64,000 bases of DNA, taken from Planctomicrobium sp. SH664. GTDB lineage: Bacteria; Planctomycetota; Planctomycetia; Planctomycetales; Planctomycetaceae. The notes below the pieces were generated by a model that worked only from the letters and a program-made list of their open reading frames with translations, had not been told where the DNA came from and did not search any database. This document shows positions 61,159 to 64,000 of this stretch, in pieces. Every line of letters begins with the position of its first letter. The stretch's first letter is position 1. The stretch is from positions 2,083,980-2,147,979 of the forward strand of contig NZ_CP195792.1 of assembly GCF_051466325.1 (NCBI RefSeq), in the 5' to 3' direction. Both the position numbers and the translations under genes were made by a program.

Positions 61159-62406
61159 ATGACGAAGTTTGTACTCACCACGATCGGCAGCTCAGGGGAC
61201 GTCTTTCCGATGGTGGGGCTGGCACTCCAGCTTCGCCAGCGGGGACATGATGTCCTCCTTGTGACGAACGGTCACTTTGCGCCCCTGGCGGAAAAGTACA
61301 ACCTTCCCTTTGAGCCACTCGGGATGCCGGAGGAGTATTCGCAGTGCATCAGCAGCCCTGACCTGTGGCATCCGCAAAAGGCTTTCAGGCACGTTTACTC
61401 TTATTTCCGCCCTCAGCTGAAACGACAGCACGAGATTCTGGTGGAGCAGAATCAGAATCGCCGCGTGGTGGCGATTGCCAGCTGCCTGTGTTTCGGGGCG
61501 CGGGTCGCGCAGGAATCGCATGGCATCCCGCTTCTCACAGTCCACTTGCAACCCTCCGTCATCTGGAGCGATCTCGTCCCACCGACCATCGCCGGACTGG
61601 CCGGGCCCCGCTGGTTCAAAAGCCTTCTGTTTCGCTTTGGTGAGAAATTCGCCGTCGATGCCGTGGTCTGTCCGTTCCTCAATGAATGGAGACGGGAGCT
61701 GCGTCTCTCTCCGATCCGGCAGATCACCCGGTGGTGGAACTCCCCTGAAGGGGTTCTCTGCCTCTTTCCCGACTGGTTCGCACCCCCACAGGCTGACTGG
61801 CCGCACCGTCTGATTCAGACAGACTTTCCTCTCTGGAACGATCAGTCCGAGCAGCCACTCGACAGGGAGATCGAGCACTTTCTGCACACCGGTGAACCAC
61901 CAATCGTGTTTACTCCGGGGTCTGCCAACCTGCACGGGCGTGCCTTCTTTGAAACGGCCCTGCAAACGGTTCAATCCACGGGCCACCGAGCCCTGTTTTT
62001 AACGCAGCATCCGGAGCAGGTTCCGAATGTCCTGCCACCGACCGTCCGGCATTTCGCGTATGCACCGTTGGATCGTCTGCTTCCGCAGGCTGCCGCATTT
62101 GTGCACCACGGGGGAATTGGCTCGACCTCGCAGGCACTCCTCGCGGGCATCCCGCAAGTGGCGATGCCGTTGGCTCACGACCAGTTCGATAACGCAGCGC
62201 GGATTGAGTCGCTGCAAGTCGGACGGGGACTGCCGGCAAGAGCATTCAAGGCTCCCGCCCTGACCAGCATAGTGAGCGAACTTCTGGGATCAACTGCGGT
62301 CGCGAACGCTTGCCAGACAATGCGAGAACGCCTTGCTTCCCGTTCAGGGCTCGCCGATTCCGTGGCGGCCATTGAAGCGCGATTCTGCGAACCGAGAGCG
62401 ATCTGA
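61159..62406 (+). CDS. Glycosyltransferase, GT1 / MGT (UDP-glucuronosyl/UDP-glucosyltransferase-like) family
   Basis: N-terminal MTKFVLTTIGSSGDVFPMVGLALQL, the GT-B acceptor-domain start. C-terminal nucleotide-sugar motif VHHGGIGSTSQALLAGIPQVAMPLAHDQFDNA. Start set at the internal ATG of ORF 60880..62406. Confidence 0.8.
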   Translation: MTKFVLTTIGSSGDVFPMVGLALQLRQRGHDVLLVTNGHFAPLAEKYNLPFEPLGMPEEYSQCISSPDLWHPQKAFRHVYSYFRPQLKRQHEILVEQNQNRRVVAIASCLCFGARVAQESHGIPLLTVHLQPSVIWSDLVPPTIAGLAGPRWFKSLLFRFGEKFAVDAVVCPFLNEWRRELRLSPIRQITRWWNSPEGVLCLFPDWFAPPQADWPHRLIQTDFPLWNDQSEQPLDREIEHFLHTGEPPIVFTPGSANLHGRAFFETALQTVQSTGHRALFLTQHPEQVPNVLPPTVRHFAYAPLDRLLPQAAAFVHHGGIGSTSQALLAGIPQVAMPLAHDQFDNAARIESLQVGRGLPARAFKAPALTSIVSELLGSTAVANACQTMRERLASRSGLADSVAAIEARFCEPRAI

Positions 62407-62556
62407 ATTGCCCCTTCGCGAATCGATGAATTCCGCGGGGCGTCGCACTTCATCCTGTGTGCCCCCGGGGACATTCTGCCGGACTGCGTTGCTGCGCCTC
62501 GAACCTGCTCCAGATCATCGTGCGGTAACTGTCGATCCAGTTGCCCAAAATCCCTA

Positions 62557-63405
62557 GAGCCTGTTATGAACTTGTCTGTATGAGAAAGTGAGCGTGCTTG
62601 AGCAGGAGGGCGACCATCGCGACCCAGTGCCAGCCGGCGAGGACTTCCGCCAGGCGTTCGTAGTCTCTCGCCAGTCGCCGGGAGCGTCCCAGCCAGGGGA
62701 ACGTTCGTTCCACCACCCAGCGCCGGGGGAGCAGGACAAAGCCTCGTCTGGCCCTGGCATGTTTCACCACCCGCAGTTGAACCCCTTGTTCCGCCGCAGC
62801 GTCTTCTGCGGTTTCACCCGTGTCCCCTTGATCGACATACGCCACTTCCACGGTCTCTCCGGTCACCGCTTGCACTGCTTCGCGCAGCGACCTGCGCCCG
62901 CTCCTGCTCATTGGCAGGCGTGACTTTCACCGCCAGCAAATGGCCCAGCGTGTCGATGGCAATGTGAATCTTCGAGCCTTTCCGGCGCTTGTGGCCATCG
63001 TATCCTGCCCGCTTTCCGTTCACCGGCGTCGACTGCAGCACGCGACCGTCCAGAATGATTCCGCTGGGGTCTTCCTCGCGCCCTTCGACCACGCGGGCGA
63101 TCGCTTGCAGGTCATGTGCGATGTCCTCGAAGACACCGGCCTGCAGCCAGCGACGCGCCTGCTGATCAACCACCGGCCAGGGAGGAAATTCATGCGGCAT
63201 GAATCTCCACTGCGCTCCCGTACTCACCAGCCAGCGCATGGCGTTGAAGACCAACCGCAGCGAGTGGACTCGTTGCGGAGAGTCTTCACGTAACCAATGC
63301 CAGATACGGGGCGAGAAACGCCCATTCTTCGTCCGTGACATCACTCGGGTAGGCTGTGGCTTGCTCATTCACGCACACTTCCGCAACGTCAACACTTGAG
63401 TCCAT
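62557..63405 (-). mobile_element. IS5-family insertion sequence (IS427/IS1031-like, about 850 bp) with a two-ORF frameshifted transposase
   Basis: Imperfect terminal inverted repeats of about 45 bp: the left end GAGCCTGTTATGAACTTG...AAGTGAGCGTGCTTGAGCA against the reverse complement of the right end GAGTCGGTTATGGACTCAAG...AAGTGTGCGTGAATGAGCA. orfA (63368..62814) has the DUF4096-type WRFMPHEFPPW motif and DDE residues. orfB (62911..62564) begins with the AVQAVTGETVEVAYVDQGDTGE DDE segment. The two ORFs overlap by about 98 nt, consistent with a -1 frameshift. Confidence 0.75.
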
Positions 63406-63778
63406 AACCGACTCTGATGTAATGGAGGGTCTGAAGAAATCTGCCGAGATCCTGTTTCTGCTGACGACTAATCGTCCGGAGGCACTCGAGCAGGCGCTGT
63501 CCGCTCGTCCGGAACGAGTTGATCAGGCGATTGAGTTCCCTCTCCCGGATGGAGAGGGGAGGAAGAAACTCGTCCGTCTGTACTCATCGGGAATGGAACG
63601 GCCGACAGAGATTCTGGAGCACATCGTCCCTCGAACCGAAAATGTCGGTGCGGCATTCATCAAGGAACTGATGCGCCGGGCGGTTCAGTTTCAACTGGAG
63701 CACGATGCAGCGAGTCGCATCCAGCTTGTCGACGTCGAGTCGGCACTCGACGAAATGCGGTTCAGGGCGGCTCCCTGA
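63390..63778 (+). pseudogene. 3' fragment of an AAA+ ATPase gene (second region of homology and lid domain only)
   Basis: ILFLLTTNRPEALEQALSARPERVDQAIEFPLPDGEGRKKLVRLY matches the AAA sensor-1 and arginine-finger region (ATNRP...RPGRFD...P). No Walker A or Walker B region exists upstream. The coding region begins exactly at the right IS5 inverted repeat. Confidence 0.6.
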
Positions 63779-64000
63779 ATCTGAAGCTGCTCGGTGCCGA
63801 AGGTTCCTTGACGACTGCCTCTTCGGCGCCGGTGTGAAGACTGAGAATCTGTCCCCAGGTCACGATTGCGGCGACGCAGGAGAATCTGCTGCGAAGCGCA
63901 TAAAAACGGCAGGCGGCTTGGGGAGAGGGGGAATCCCAAGCCGCCGCCGTCGTTCAGTGCGCCGCACATGCGCACCAAGGGGAGCAGACTCAAAAGGTGA

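Noticed and set aside
61192-61986. 264-aa minus-strand ORF
   Set aside because: It is antisense to the glycosyltransferase gene, which has the conserved HHGG...DQ..NA motif.
1-64000. CRISPR arrays and rRNA genes
   Set aside because: No regularly spaced direct repeats of 25-40 bp were found, and no stretch resembles 16S, 23S or 5S rRNA.

Overview
This is a high-GC (about 60%) chromosomal segment that looks like Planctomycetota (Planctomycetaceae-like). Evidence for that assignment: two DUF1501 sulfatase-like proteins with TAT signals, one PSD1/DUF1549/DUF1553 cytochrome-domain protein, a DUF1559 protein with a prepilin-type N-terminal methylation motif, and many long GC-rich antisense ORFs that are artefacts. 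Most of the window is ordinary core metabolism and envelope genes. These include a phosphoketolase–acetate kinase operon, folB–folK, hisS, an arfB homologue, a glcD-like FAD oxidase, an M14 carboxypeptidase, a HlyD/RbbA/ABC-2 transporter triad, kdsD, TatD hydrolases, a cluster of TAT-exported sugar oxidoreductases and isomerases with an XylR-like regulator, and three tRNA genes on the minus strand. The more unusual features are listed here. (1) An ECF sigma factor, a FecR/LamG anti-sigma factor, a DUF1559 protein and a Cpr-like lipoprotein form a four-gene module, and a second Cpr-like lipoprotein paralog lies elsewhere. (2) kdsD is co-oriented with a 980-aa N-terminally anchored giant protein and a tRNA cluster. 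(3) A membrane Ser/Thr kinase is divergent from a membrane-anchored P-loop GTPase. (4) An insertion-sequence graveyard (IS5-family and IS630-family remnants) sits between two convergent TatD-like genes. (5) An intact-looking IS5-family element with about 45-bp imperfect inverted repeats abuts the 3' fragment of an AAA+ ATPase gene. (6) The stretch between those IS loci is lower in GC and carries small hypothetical genes and an MGT-type glycosyltransferase. No CRISPR array was found. No rRNA gene was found. One caution: in a few places the displayed nucleotide text and the supplied ORF track disagree by 1–2 nt, for example at the 6120/6121 line junction. CDS coordinates below therefore follow the ORF-track frame, and tRNA coordinates follow the displayed numbering.
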